A stretch of DNA of 64,000 nt from Octopus sinensis (lineage: Eukaryota): NCBI RefSeq assembly GCF_006345805.1, contig NC_043004.1, positions 63,674,001-63,738,000 on the forward strand, read 5' to 3'. This document shows, one piece after another, positions 26,940-40,339 of this stretch. The notes below the pieces were generated by a model. The model was not told the DNA's origin. It was given only the letters and a program-made list of their open reading frames with translations, and made no database searches. A program made the position numbers and the translations under genes. Positions within the stretch are counted from its first letter, which is position 1; the number at the start of each line of letters is the position of its first letter.

Positions 26940-27800
26940 TTCTAACTTCTGTCTACAAGCTTAGATATTAGCACGATTTTTTTCAGGAATTCAGACTCAC
27001 ATCTAAAGCTGCAGTTCATTACGCTACTGACATACGCGTTCAGTTCCGACATTCTCACCCACAAGAGAGAAATGGGAGGTGGAGTCCCTTAGGAAACCAA
27101 CAGAAGAGTGGATTTTGTCCACAGAAATTCTAAAGCAAATAGATTCCGCTTCTTCAACATAGTGAGAGAAGAGCCCTCCTGAAGACCTCGAGAAGCTCTC
27201 TAACATTAACTCATCATCTGCAAAATCCAGAACTGTAATCTTAGTGTCATAAATATTCGGACCGGAATTCGATGTTCCACCATACAGACAAGTATCCAGT
27301 CCATGCAGATATTGATCTTAGTTGGAGCATCTCCGATGGAATGCTCCGACGGAATACAGATCCAAGTAAGAATTAGTCAGATGCTGACCGCAGTCCAAAT
27401 TTCTTTAAGGCCACCATCGGCGCAACCACGCCATAGTTTTTCTGAACACATCCCTGTACATCAAGTAACTTATTGATGTCGACATAACCTTCAAGCATCT
27501 CCAAACAAATGTTTCGCATAAGTTCGATGAGTATTGAGAAAAAAGTATCTGGTGAGTAGTTCATCTCTTTCGTGTAAATGCTGACTGCTGCCACTACTTA
27601 AATAAGAGGCATGTAGATTGTTTTGCTCTCTGTTGAGAACAATCGGGACGAACTTCTTCCGTGAACGAAAATGAACACAAGTTTTGGAAAGTTGTTACAG
27701 TCGTGATGTTCAGCACTAGATGAAGTATATGATCCCTTTTCCGGAGACTTTGGTAAAGGCCATAAGGTCCATGCGCACAGCATCACGTAAGTATTGTCAA
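26940..27800 (-). mobile_element. Old RTE-type RT remnant inside triplication unit 3
   Basis: Copy of 20449-21310 (ORFs 27024-27206, 27373-27594). Confidence 0.7.
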
Positions 27801-27895
27801 ATGAAATATTTATATTTAAAATACATGATCTTGAATAACGAGGATATATATTCTGAGAATGTCTTGTAAGTAATTCAATATCGAAACAGTGTAAG

Positions 27896-28121
27896 AAAGG
27901 CGGCGAGCTGGCAGACACGTTAGCACACCGGGCGAAATGCGTAGACGTATTTCGTCTGCCGTTACGCTCTGAGTTCAAATTCCGCCGAGGTCGACTTTGC
28001 CTTTCATCCTTTCGGGGTCGATAAATTAAGTACCAGTTTCGCACTGGGGTCGATGTAATCGACTTAATTCCTTTGTCTGTCCTTGTTTGTCCCCTCTATG
28101 TTTAGCCCCTTGTGGGTAGTA

Positions 28122-28127
<6 letters not shown>
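27896..28127 (+). mobile_element. SINE present only in triplication unit 3
   Basis: Units 1 and 2 read gaaacagtgtaag-(AT)n; unit 3 has about 230 bp ggcggcgagctggcag...gtgggtagtaaacaa between those sequences. Confidence 0.88.
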
Positions 28128-28161
<34 letters not shown>

Positions 28162-29277
28162 GTCTGTGGATGGGTTGTGTTTGTGGTGTGGTTGTTTGAG
28201 CTAGTGTTTCAGGTGTTTGTAGCAGTGGTCGTGATGCAGTATCTGTTTCGGGTGTATTTATCTTGCTGGCTTTATTTCAACTCTACTGCTTGTGTAGCTG
28301 ACCTTTGTTACTATTTGTCCATAGATTTGTTTTCCTTTTTGTGTTTTTCGTTTTTCTTTGGGATAGTTTGCATTGACATATTTAGCTTGACAGCCAGCTC
28401 GTCTCTGTCCACTAGCATTTTTACTTCCCCCTCAGAGAAGTTCACTCGCTAAAGAGATGATCTGGTAGCACCAGCGAAGGAAACGCTTGTGTCCCTCCAA
28501 GCATTGCATGGGGTTCGCCTCTGAACACCCTCATCGCTGCCATCGTTGCTGTTGCTGCTGCCGTTGTTGTAGTAATCTTTGCCATTGTTGCTGCTGTTGC
28601 TGCTGTTGATGGCCTCAAGCTTCTCGGTTTCACTAAAATCCATTTGCATTGCTTTTGTCGTTAACCGCTTCCTCGTTCTCTTCTCAGTACTGTTTTTGGT
28701 TGTACTGGCTCGTTCTTAGTATGTTCTCTGCTTAACTTCGTACTGCAACTATTAGTGATGGTGAGAATATGGTTACTTTTGTTTTTGTCTATCTCACTAT
28801 CTTTGCTGCTATTTTTCATGCTGCTACTAGCGATGGTGGTGGCGGATGTGGTGATGTTGACCCTGCTGATTTCCCGCGCTCTTTCATACTTCAGATCATT
28901 CTCATTGTTGCTGCAGCTGCCATCGCTGTCAGACTTCGTCGCATAGGGTACAAGGTGAGATGGCGACGGAGGAAGAGGGAAATTTTCTTCACCTGAGGGA
29001 TGGTTGGTGGGAGATACGGCCCCCTTCTCAATGCTGCGGTAATGACAGATAGTTAGGCCATTTTGAATGTATGTTTGCTATGTTTCAAAATAGTTGAGCG
29101 TTTTATGAAGGCAAAAATATTGCCCCTTACGAGGCAAAAACAACCACAGAGCACCAGGCAAGAGATTCCTGGTGTTCCAAACAACGAGTTGAAACAAACA
29201 CTAACCACAAAAAACAATAATTATAACACACATTTACGTAGCCTCTTCGTAAACATGTGCTTACAATTCCACAGCAA

Positions 29278-29338
<61 letters not shown>

Positions 29339-29362
29339 TATAATTATAATAATAGTAATAAT

Positions 29363-31734
29363 CGTTTAGCGTCCGCTTTCCATGCTAGCATGGGTTGGAC
29401 GGTTCAACTTGTTTCTGGGAAGCCAGAAGGCTGCACCAGGCCCAGTCTGATCTGGCAATGTTTCTACGGCTGGATGCCCTTCCGAACGCCAACCACTCCA
29501 TGAGTGTAGTGAGTGCTTTTTACGTGCCACCGGCACAGGTGCCAGACGAGTCTGGCAAACGGCCACAATCAGATGGTGCTTTTTATGTGCCACCGGCACA
29601 AGGGCCAGGCGAGGCTGGCAACCGCCACCAACGGATGGTGCTTTTTACGTGCCACCGGCACGAGGCCAGTCGGGACGGCGCTGGCAACGGCCACGTTCGG
29701 ATGGTTCTCTTACATGCCACCGGCACTGGAATCTCAGCTGCAATTTCCATTGATCGATTCTGATTCTGATTCTGACTTGCCTCAACAGGTCTTCACAAGT
29801 AGAGTTTTGTGTCCCAAGAAGAGAAGATATGCATAAGTGGACTGGCTACATCTCGTGTAGAAGGCCACGGGTTATGGTCTCACTTGTCTTCCCGGGTCTT
29901 CTCACGCACAGCATACTTCCAGAGGTCTCGGTCTCTAGTCATTTCCTCAGTGAGACCTAAAGTTCGAAGGTCGTGCTTCACCACCTCGTCCCAGGTTTTC
30001 CTGGGTCTGCCTCTTCCACAGGTTCCCTCAACTGCTAGGGTGTGACACTTTTTCACACAACTATCTTCATCCATTCTCGCCACATGACCATACCAGCGCA
30101 AACGTCTCTCTTGCAAACCAAATCTGATGCTTCTTAGGCCCAGCTTTTCTCTCAAGGTACTTACACTCTGTCGAGTATGAACACTGACATTACACATCCA
30201 TCGGAGCATACTGGCTTCATTTCTTGCAAGCTTACGCATATCCTCAGCAGTCACGGCCCATGTTTCACTGCCATGTAGCATGGTTGTTCGTACACACGCG
30301 TCCAACAGTCTGCCTTTTACTCTGAGCGAGAGGCCTTTTGTCACCAGCAGAGATAAGAGCTCTCTGAACTTTGCCCAAGCTATCCTTATTCTAGCAGTTA
30401 TACTTTCAGCACACCCGCCCTCGCTACTGACTTGGTCACCTAGGTAACGGAAGCTATCAACTATTTCTAGTTTTTCTCCCTGGAAAGTAGCAGAAGTTGG
30501 TCTCAGATTATTTTCAGTGTTTATTGCTCCTGAGCATCTGCCACATACAAAAACTATCTTCCTAGTTAGCCTTCCTTTGACATTGCTGCACCTCTATGCT
30601 GATGAGCAAGGTCATCAGCATAGAGGAGCTCCCAGGGGCATCCTGTCTTGAATTCCTCCGTTATTGCCTGGAGGACTATGATAAATAGGAGGGGCCTGAG
30701 GACTGAGCCTTGGTGAACCCCTACCTCTACCCGAAATTCTTCACTGTACTCGTTGCCAACCCTCAACTTACTAGCAGCGTCCCTGTACATGGCTCGCACA
30801 GCTCTCACTAACCATTCATCTATCCCTAGTTTCCTCATTGACGACCAGATAAGGGATCGGGGGACCCTGTCGAAGGCTTTCTCCATGTCAACAAAAGCCA
30901 GGTACAGGGGCTTATCTTTGGCTAGGTATTTCTCCTGCAGCTGCCTTACCAGGAATATAGCATCAGTGGTACTTTTCCCTGGCACGAACCCAAACTGCAT
31001 CTCATTTAAACTAACTCTCTCTCTAATTAGTTGGGATATGACCCTCTCCGTAACCTTCATTACCTGATCCAACAGCTTGATACCTCTGTAATTATTTGTA
31101 TCTAGGGCGTCACCTTTACCTTTGTAGCAGTTGACTATTATACTGCTACGCCAGTCATTGGGTATGACTCCTTTGTGTATCACCTGCTTAACTTTACGGG
31201 TGACTAGGCTATAGCCGACACTACCAGATATTTTGAGCATCTCTGCAGTGATACCTGATGGGCTTTCCCCGTCTTCATGCTTCTAATTGCCTTACCTACC
31301 AAGGAACTGTCAACTCGGATAGCTGGTCCCTCTGTTGGGTCATCATTCGGCAGACTCTCTTTATCCCATTCATTTTCTTTATTCAGCAACATTTCATAGT
31401 GGCGTCTCCAAACCTCTCTCTTTGCATCCTCATTTACCGCAAGTGAACCATCTTCCATGCGAACACACTTCTCTCCTACCACATCACATTTCTCTCTCAT
31501 ACACTGTCTTGCAACACGAAACACCTCCAGTCTTTGGTCCTCACGGCGCAGAACATTGGCAAATCTTTTCTTATCTGCTTCCCCTCTGGCTAGATAGACC
31601 TGTCTTCTAGCTTCCCTTTTGGCAGTCTGATACAATTCCCTGCTACCACCATTCTTGCAGTCCTTCCAAGCCTGTCTCTTTTCTCTTATAGCCCTGTCTA
31701 CAACATTGTTCCACCACCACGTTTCCTTGGGACG
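29363..31734 (-). mobile_element. 5'-truncated RTE-clade LINE with internal deletion; 3' UTR intact
   Basis: NYRGIKLLD, MQFGFVPGKSTTDAIF, AFVDMEKAFDRVP, GVHQGSVLRPLLF, LLYADDL, FRYLG, LHGSETW, LRWYGHV, GRGRPRKTW. Its last about 190 bp are also at 22660-22850 and 25909-26099. Confidence 0.9.
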
Positions 31735-31760
31735 AATAATAATAATAATAATAATAATAA

Positions 31761-31804
<44 letters not shown>

Positions 31805-31995
31805 TGATGATGATGATGATGATGATAATGATGATGATTATACACTTATAAAAATCAGCATTGCTTGGAACTACAAGAATTGTTCGCAGTGTTCTCCAAG
31901 CATGTCCAGTTAACATATGTAACCTTAATCTGCTGGCTGAGATCAACTGACATTTTCCATCATACTCAGCAAAATAAGCGGTGAGTTTTCATATA

Positions 31996-32184
31996 TGGAA
32001 GCACTCCGTCGGTTACGACGATGAGGGTTCCGGTTGATCCGAATCAACGGAACAGCCTGCTCGTGAAATTAACGTGTAAGTGGTTGAGCACTCCACAGAC
32101 ACGTGCACCCTTTACGTAGTTCTCGGGGATATTCAGCGTGACACAGAGAGTGACAAGGCCGGCCCCTTGAAATACAGGTACAAC
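31996..32184 (-). mobile_element. 5'-truncated SINE (3' part of the 39056-type) with 10-bp target-site duplication
   Basis: Nearly identical to 39056-39244; flanked by ttttcatata at 31986-31995 and 32189-32198. Confidence 0.8.
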
Positions 32185-32348
32185 TAGTTTTCATATAACA
32201 ACGTCAACAACAATAATAATATACATTATTTATATTATTTACATTCGACGATATTTGTCCTCATCTTGTTTGTTGTTGCTGTAACCTCAAGCTCAATAAC
32301 CATCTGTTAAGCAACAACTAACCCCAAAGTATACTATCCACTCCAATT

Positions 32349-32576
32349 ATGAAGAAGAGAGAGGATGAGGCCAACAAACTTTCCACAGACTGTCTACTCT
32401 ATGTGAAAGGCCTCTCCGAAAAGATACAAAAGATACGCGGCCCATATGGCATCAGGACAGTATTCAAGAGTAATACAACACTTCGCAAATATCTCCTTCG
32501 AGTAAAACCAACAATAGAAGAGAATATGACCAAAGACCTTATGTACTCCATCCCTTGCAGCTATGGTAGGTTATAG
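32349..32576 (+). mobile_element. Penelope-like fragment (RT-endonuclease linker)
   Basis: LLYVKGLSEKIQKI...GIRTVFKSNTTLRKYLLRVK...LMYSIPCSYG matches the PLE LPYxxGxSExIxxI...FK...TL...VYxIPCxCG segment. Confidence 0.7.
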
Positions 32577-32699
32577 AAAAGCGTTGGGGGCGGTTATTGT
32601 GTCATGTTGCTATTTCTTGATGCTTGCACGAGCGGTTCGTTGTACAGCCTTTTGTTTATAACATTTCTGAAGACCGCCAACTTATTCTGTTTTTATTTT

Positions 32700-33600
32700 G
32701 CTGTATATGTTGTGTTAGTTTAGCAGGAATGTTATGCGTGGCTGTGTTTGTGATATCTGAATTTTATGTGTGGTTGTGCTTGTGATATCTGAATGGTGTT
32801 GTATGTGTGCCATTAATTCTATATTGCTTGTGTTTATTGCTGTGTAGTTGCAGGTTCGAGTTATGTGTGAGAACTGGGTTGTTTTGACTGGTACTGATGC
32901 TGTTGTTTTGGTTGCTCTTTTGTGTGTGGAAAGCATAGATGTCAGTGAATTGATTATTTTGTTTGCTGCTGTTGCTTTCGCTGTTGTTTTTGTTGTTGTT
33001 GTTGTTGCTGTCGCCCCTTGTCGATGCTGCTGTAATTTGTGTTACTGTTACTGTTGCGTTTTTTGCTCCAGTGGCCATCTGTCTCTGCTGGTACTGTTCT
33101 TGTCGCATTAGTTGCAGCTGCTGATGTTGTTGCTGTTGTACGGTTCTGTTATTCATGCTGCTGTTGTAGCTGTTGCTGTTGTATTCGTGGTGTCTGCAGC
33201 TGTGCAGCTACCGGCTGGATACTCTGTAGCAGCTACCGGCTGGATACCCCACTTGTGCCGGTGCGGAACTGGTCTAAAAGTAGCGGGTCATTCAGATATT
33301 TTGATTGTCTAAGGCAGAAAGCCTTTAAATGGTTTGTTTGGCAACAAAGGTGACATCTGGACTTTTCTACCGCTAGCTGTAGGGATCTTGATGAAATCTG
33401 GAATCTCTTGCAAAATCCGCATGCAATAAGATTTCCATCCCTCTACCACACCAATTTTCTCTTTTGCGACTCCGTGTTTGAAAACTTTTACATCTCCTAT
33501 CCATGCCATACACCGTGGCTGCTCTCCGTAAGGATATGTTTACTTCTGGTAGCACCTTCTGAGCCTTCGCAATTTACTCATACGCATCACATTCAGAGCT
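32700..33600 (-). mobile_element. Decayed LINE ORF1-like region with CCHC knuckle and N/Q-rich tail
   Basis: Minus frame gives CHLCCQTNHLKAFC (C-x2-C-x4-H-x4-C, 33314-33355) after EIPDFIKI, followed by AAC/CAG-rich low complexity. Family assignment is inference. Confidence 0.5.
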
Positions 33601-33894
33601 TTGTTGCTAATTTAGTTCTCAACAAAATTGAAAACTCTAAAATTTATTGGAAAGGATAGATTCCTAGCTACATTTCGGCATAAAAACTGAGATTGTGTCT
33701 AGTATAAAAAAAAGATTGCTTCAAAAGTTGTAGCAACATTTTTGACCTGATCTTATGTGGCTCTTTCAATCTTGCTCAATTCCAATGATATACATCTTTA
33801 TATTATTGTTCTCTGTCGTGTCTCTGCTTGCGCATCTGCTGGTGTTTTCGAGTTGGCAGTCGTGCGAGTTCTAGTTAGTTTTCTTCATTTCCTT

Positions 33895-34080
33895 GCAAAT
33901 TACCCTGCGCGCGTAAGTGAAAGTGAGATAATGTAATCCCTCGTCTTTCTCTGATTGTCTGTGTGTTTGCAGAATTACTGGAAAACGGATGGACCGATTT
34001 TCACTAATGTTGGCAGCAATACTTATTCGGTAAGTGGCTCAAAATGATGAAAGCATGGTTTGATTATCTTCAAAACTGGC
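33895..34080 (+). mobile_element. Possible HINE/DINE-1-like non-autonomous element remnant
   Basis: ttaccc...tgtctgtgtgtttgcagaattactggaaaacggatggaccgattttcact resembles the HINE/DINE core (ctgtctg...ggaccgatttt); termini not resolved. Confidence 0.3.
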
Positions 34081-34741
34081 GGACGTGTGAATCAAAATGT
34101 TGTCATAGGGCAGATATTTTGAGAAATAATTTATGTGTACGCAGCTATGCATCGTTTTGTTCTCAGTACTAGAATCTATTACTAGCGCATAAAAAACATA
34201 ATTTATATGTATTAAATACAATGATTACTACCCTGGTGACGGAGGCTCGATTCCTTTACGGCATGCATATTGTGTGCGTTACATCTACCAACATTATGAC
34301 TGACCTCTGAGCACATCGAAATAGCTATTGGATTTATAACATTGAACGTCCTCGCCATTAATTTTCTCATTTGCACTCATTGTAATTATGATCCATATCC
34401 ATTTCATTATACTTCAATATGCATCGTCGGAAAGCCTTCACATTTAGTTTCTTTAAATGTGCATGCATACATATATGCATATTTTGTGTTTAACACCAAT
34501 GCTATTATAATTATCATATGTAATTTGTTTATCCGTATAATTGTTTCCATATCCGCTCAAATTGATCCCTCTTCTAGCCATTCTTTACACAGCGCAATTG
34601 ATCACCCATAAAGACACCGGAGTATAAGTTTGCAGGACTTGAACCCTATCAAATTCTTTCTATACTGAGAATATCTGGATCTCATATCTTGATTATATAT
34701 GTATCTATAAGCATATATATATTTAGATATACATTCTTTTA

Positions 34742-34778
<37 letters not shown>

Positions 34779-35173
34779 CAACTTATATACATCATATTAT
34801 GTCTATCTATTCTTAGAAAACAAAACAATTATAACAATATACAAAGCATAATATGTTATACATGTATGTATATTGTTATAATTGTTTGTTTTTTAAATAA
34901 ATAAATAGACATAAAATAATGTCTAAAATTTGATGAATACCACCACTAAATCCCCTCCATTTCCTTATTGCCGTAAGAATTAAGGGTAAAACAATTTTTA
35001 CCCTCACCCATGTGTTACATTCGAAAAACCACTTGTGTATTAATAATTGAGTATACCAGCAGTATATTGGATAGATATTATCCCTTAGTTGGTTGGATTC
35101 ACAACCTCTAACTCTCTTGGACTTATATATATATATATATATATATATATTAGTATTAGTATAGATATTATAG

Positions 35174-35229
<56 letters not shown>

Positions 35230-36129
35230 TGTGTGTGCGTGTGTGTATACATATATACATACATAAATGCAAAGACACGCACGCACGGAAACATACGCAT
35301 ACACACACGGAAACATACGCATACACACACATATACATGGAAACAAGCATGCAGGCACAATAGAAGCAATTATATGTGCACAGCACATTCAAATATTTTT
35401 CGTTTGCTAAATACTCGATATGACTTTACAAGTTGGGAGTGTCGCACATAAGAAAATAGTAGGTCATATGATATTCATAAATGACTTGTTTATAAAAAAG
35501 TATTTTTCTGACTTAACTTCCTAAACGAATTCCACTCACTTTACCCTCTGTATTTCTTATTTATTTCTCCTGAGTGGTCAAGAAAACACGCAAAAGCTTT
35601 TATTCAATTCTGTAAACGACCTTCTTCATGCTATCTTCTCATTCAGACCTCTGTCTGGTACAAATTGAATATTTTTTTTCAAGATGGGCAAAATGAAATC
35701 TGAAGTAAATAAAATGAAATGGCGGATGTCGAGCGTGGAACTAAATCATATTTTCCTCTCTATACCCATTACAAATTTTCTGTCACAATTTCAATTTATT
35801 TCGATTCGAAAATGTCAACAGTCTCTTCCATTCGAAGAATGTTCACTTCAGTAACCATAAATATCTTTCGCTTCTTGGTATTGAAAACCCTTTGCATATT
35901 GTGTATTTGACGACCAAACTATTATAATTATCATATTTAATTTTCTTTATGCGAATAATTGGATCCGTATCTTCTCAAATTGATCCCACTTCAGCCATTA
36001 TTTACACAGCGGACTACAATTGTATAGTCGAGTCCCATGTGTAATTCGATATTTTGCATGAATAAACATTAAATATTAGTGTAATACGCCTAGAGCCACT
36101 CTAATATTTTAAGAGTAAAATTGAAGATT

Positions 36130-38070
36130 TCTCAGTTTTCTGTGAATCGATTTTGATGAAAATTTTCCCAGCATATTTTTAGATAATAACTCTGTGGAAT
36201 CTTGCGCAATTCCTTTTGTCGGGTGTGTTGTTTGTAGAAACTCGCACTTCAGCAAAGGGAATTGCCGTTTATTTTTCCCAACAATGTAGTTTCCCTTGCA
36301 TTTGGGTAAGTAATGCAGTATATAAAGTTCTGCATCTTCCAGTTCATATCTGCATTAACTTTGAACGAGAATCCACTCTTGAATTTTACGTGGGAAACAC
36401 TTTCTAAGCAATTAAAGTTGTTGTTATTGCATATTCCACATCTGTTATGTCCTTATTCTTTACGGAGAATTCTAATTCATTGTCTGATGTGTATTCTGTT
36501 TTTATGAGATTTTGTGGGTGGCGTCTACTGTTTCGTAAGAGGTTTTAATCAATCAGATTTCTCAATTTGAGGTTATTTAGAACTATACGTACGTTTGATT
36601 TTATGGTGTGAAAGATGTTGGCTTCTCCAGGATTGTGCGTGTTGATGAATGGAATCGTGTGTTCATTATGGTTTTCCTTTGGGGTCCTTAGCTGTGTAAG
36701 GCTCAGCTTCAACATCTTTTTTAATTCCCTCGTTTATTAATTGTAATTGGTATTTCTGTTTTGCTAGGAAGCCTTTGAGCCATTTGGATTTGACGTACTT
36801 TGTTGTCAATCACAATAGTACAGATACGTCTTGCTAGTCTGTATAGGATGTTCCTCTTGGTGTGTGAGGGATGGTAAGAGTAGAAATTGAAATACTGGTG
36901 CATGTCCGTTTTTTGAAAAAAATGTCTGTTGTGACTGTGGAGTTGTGTATTTTTATGTGAATATCCAGGAATGGTAATTCATTGCAACTTGATTCTGACG
37001 TGAATGTGATGGATGTGTGAAGTGTGTTGAGTATATTATTAAACTCATTTGATTTGTCCCAAAAGATGAAGTCATAATAGGAAAGCGTTTCCACATTTTA
37101 ATGACGTATTTCTTGGAATCCTGATTAAAATCTCTTTCCACCTCCTCAAAGCTTTTCTTACGAGAATCCCATAACTAGGTTAGTATGTGAGGGTGCTAAT
37201 CGCGCACACATAGCCGTGCCCTTTTATCTGTCGATATGTTTTATTATGGAATCTAACGCTGTTTCCGTCTAGTACCAGACGTGTGGCTTTGGTGATGAAG
37301 TCAGTTTGAAGTATTCATTTATCCGTACTCTATGTTTCTCTATCCAGTGTTTTACTGTTTCCAGGCTCAAAGAGTGAGGTATATTGGTATGAAGACTGGC
37401 GACGTCAAAGCTTGTATGTATAGTGCTTTCTGAGACCGTAGGTAGAATGCGCTGGAGAAAATCTATGCCGTGCTGTGTATAGGTGGGAATTAATGGGCAT
37501 ACAGGTTTTAGAAGTATGTCCAAAAAACGACTCAGCTGTTTTGTTGGGCCTTGAGGTCCAGCAATTATTGGTCTGAGTTTGAGGTCAGTAGTCTTAGTAT
37601 GTTTATCTGTTGATTTCTCTTTCCATTTATGGTCCTCTGTATTTCGGAGCTTTTGTGGATGTTGGGTAATGCGAAGAAATTCCTTCCTGTTAAGGAATCT
37701 TGGTTTTCATTAGTGTTTTGATTTTTATCCATTATTGCTTTTCCCCGCGTTCCTTGGTTCTTTCTTGTAATAAGTTTGCTCTGTTAGAATTTCCAATATT
37801 TTATATTTATAGCAGTCATTGTCCATGGTCATTATCGCGCCTCCATTATCGGCTTTTTTTAGGAGAACTGAATTTTCATTCATCAGTGTTAACAGGGTTT
37901 CTCATTTTATTCACGAAGTTTTTGATTGCATATTCGGGTACTTAAGGGAAATTTCCAAATTGTTTCTCTATGTGCATCTAAATGTTTGACATTCTTTTGG
38001 TAGGGGTGAAGTGGGGTTTATTTCTGAGAAATGAAATGTCATTTATATCCTCATTGCCGACGAATATTAT
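36130..38070 (-). mobile_element. Degenerate Penelope-like element (RT, thumb, GIY-YIG remnant)
   Basis: SFDVASLHTNIPH; YRQIKGTAM..LAP...NL; FTSE...ELPFLDI..TDIF; YFNFYSYHPSHTKRNILYRLARRICTI; PKCKGNYIVG near 36300. Confidence 0.85.
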
Positions 38071-38092
38071 AAGTTGAAAGTTCCCAAATTGC

Positions 38093-38156
38093 CACATAGT
38101 GGGACTAAACCCGGAACCATGCGGTTGGTAAGCAAGCTACCTACCACACAGCCACA
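38093..38156 (-). mobile_element. SINE head fragment (9929-type)
   Basis: Reverse complement gtggctgtgtggtaggtagcttgcttaccaaccgcatggttccgggtttagtcccact. Confidence 0.6.
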
Positions 38157-38990
38157 TAAAAATATGACTATTCATCTACTTCTAACATAAAATAGACAGT
38201 TGTTATACTCAAGTAAACTATCCACCTCCCTCTTGTCTTCTACACCCGCAATTTAGAAATAACAACTCTAAAATCATCCTCATAACACTTGTTCTCCTTC
38301 ACAAGCACCGATTTGTAATAGCTTAAAATGTTAACAATTAACACTTAACAACATGCTAAAACATGAATGACAAATAATCGTTACTGGTAAATATACAAAT
38401 ACTTATGTCTCCTAGTCGTTGAGGGTGATAAATCGTGTCCTTATTTGGTTCGAATTTGTATATCAAAACTATTTGAAAGTGTTTCATGGCTATATATAAA
38501 ACTAATTCATGGTTGGCTGATCTTCAATAAACAATGGGATTGCCCGTATGTAATGTGCCATATAAGCAGTAGGAGTAGCAATAAGATATTCGATCACAAA
38601 GACATTTAGAACACCGTGCCAAGAAGTCGATCTAAAGTAGGTAAGTGTTAAAATTTTCACTTGCGTCTTCTATAAACATTACGCATATTCGTACGTATAA
38701 AATATATGCTACATGAACTGAGTCAATTTTGTACAAAACTTCAGTAATTATTTAAGTATTTAAGTATCTTTTATCTTTCTATTTTTAATTGTTTCAATCA
38801 TTGGTTAGCACTTATTTTAAATCGAATGAATTGATCACAGTACTTTTTATTAAGCCTAGCACGTACTATTTCGCTCGGCTTTGCCGTTTTTTTATGATAC
38901 GGTGAAGTAAACAAATCAGAACTGTTTGTCAAATGGTGGTGGGTACAGCCACAACAAAAGAGACATATACACACACTCATATCTATGTAC

Positions 38991-39055
<65 letters not shown>

Positions 39056-39058
<3 letters not shown>

Positions 39059-39465
39059 AAGCACTCCGTCGGTTACGACGATGAGGGTTCCGGTTGATCC
39101 GAATCAACGGAACAGCCTGCTCGTGAAATTAACGTGTAAGTGTCTGAGCACTCCACAGACACGTGCACCCTTAACGTAGTTCTCGGGGATATTCAGCGTG
39201 ACACAGAGAGTGACAAGGCCGGCCCCTTGAAATACAGGTACAACAGAAACAGGAAGTAAGAGTGAGAGAAAGTTGTGGTGAAAGAGTACAGCAGGGATCA
39301 CCACCATCCCCTGCCTCATGGAGGCAGGGGATGGTGGTGAGCTTTTAGGTGTTTTCGCTCAATAAATACTCAGACATAAACACTCACAACGCCCGGTCTG
39401 GGAATCGATACCGCGATCCTATGACCGCGAGTCCGCTGCCCTAACCACTGGGCCATTGCGCCTCC
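39056..39465 (-). mobile_element. About 410-bp tRNA-derived SINE, full length, between (TA)n tracts
   Basis: Head ggaggcgcaatggcccagtggttagg...ggtatcgattccc (A/B boxes); 3' end ccgacggagtgcttcca shared with 31996-32184. Confidence 0.8.
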
Positions 39466-39466
39466 T

Positions 39467-39715
<249 letters not shown>

Positions 39716-39724
39716 ATGCATGTA

Positions 39725-39875
39725 CATATATGACGGGCTTCTTTCAATTTTCGGCTACCAAATCCATTCACATGTTTTTGACCGATTTCGAAGATATTAA
39801 AAGACGTTTTCCCAAATTGGCATGGAATTAGACCCATGTGAAATTGGACCCAGGTGATTGAAAAGTAAATCTCTT
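39725..39875 (-). mobile_element. Decayed 9929-type SINE body
   Basis: Reverse complement contains gaatggatttggtagccgaaaattgaaagaagcccgtc. Confidence 0.55.
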
Positions 39876-39955
39876 ATCAGACTGTTACAGATTCGCCCAT
39901 ATGTATATATATATATACATACATGTATACGTTGCATACATACCTGAACATAGAT

Positions 39956-40012
<57 letters not shown>

Positions 40013-40045
40013 ATATATATATGAATAAATAAATAAAACATATGC

Positions 40046-40078
<33 letters not shown>

Positions 40079-40172
40079 CATACATACATATTTTCATTCA
40101 TACATACATACATACATTCATTCATACATACATACATTCATACATACATACATACATACATACATACATACA

Positions 40173-40204
<32 letters not shown>

Positions 40205-40220
40205 CATATACGCTTGCGTC

Positions 40221-40339
40221 TGGGGTGAGTCATTCTCTTTTAGTAGTTAATCATTTAACACACTCACCGGTAATTTTTCTACTCATTTACTTATTTATTT
40301 TTCACAAAATTTCAGTGTCTTGGAACCTTTTCAATAGTC
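40221..40339. repeat. Single arm of the 12005-12250 palindromic element
   Basis: tggggtgagtcatt...aaccttttcaatagtc matches the left arm and stops at the loop. Confidence 0.6.

Noticed and set aside
38570-38646. Strong donor tag|gtaagt with a candidate upstream exon
   Set aside because: No open frame, poor acceptor, no paralog support.
39390-39465. tRNA-like sequence
   Set aside because: It is the head of a SINE, continuous with the SINE body; no proper acceptor stem.
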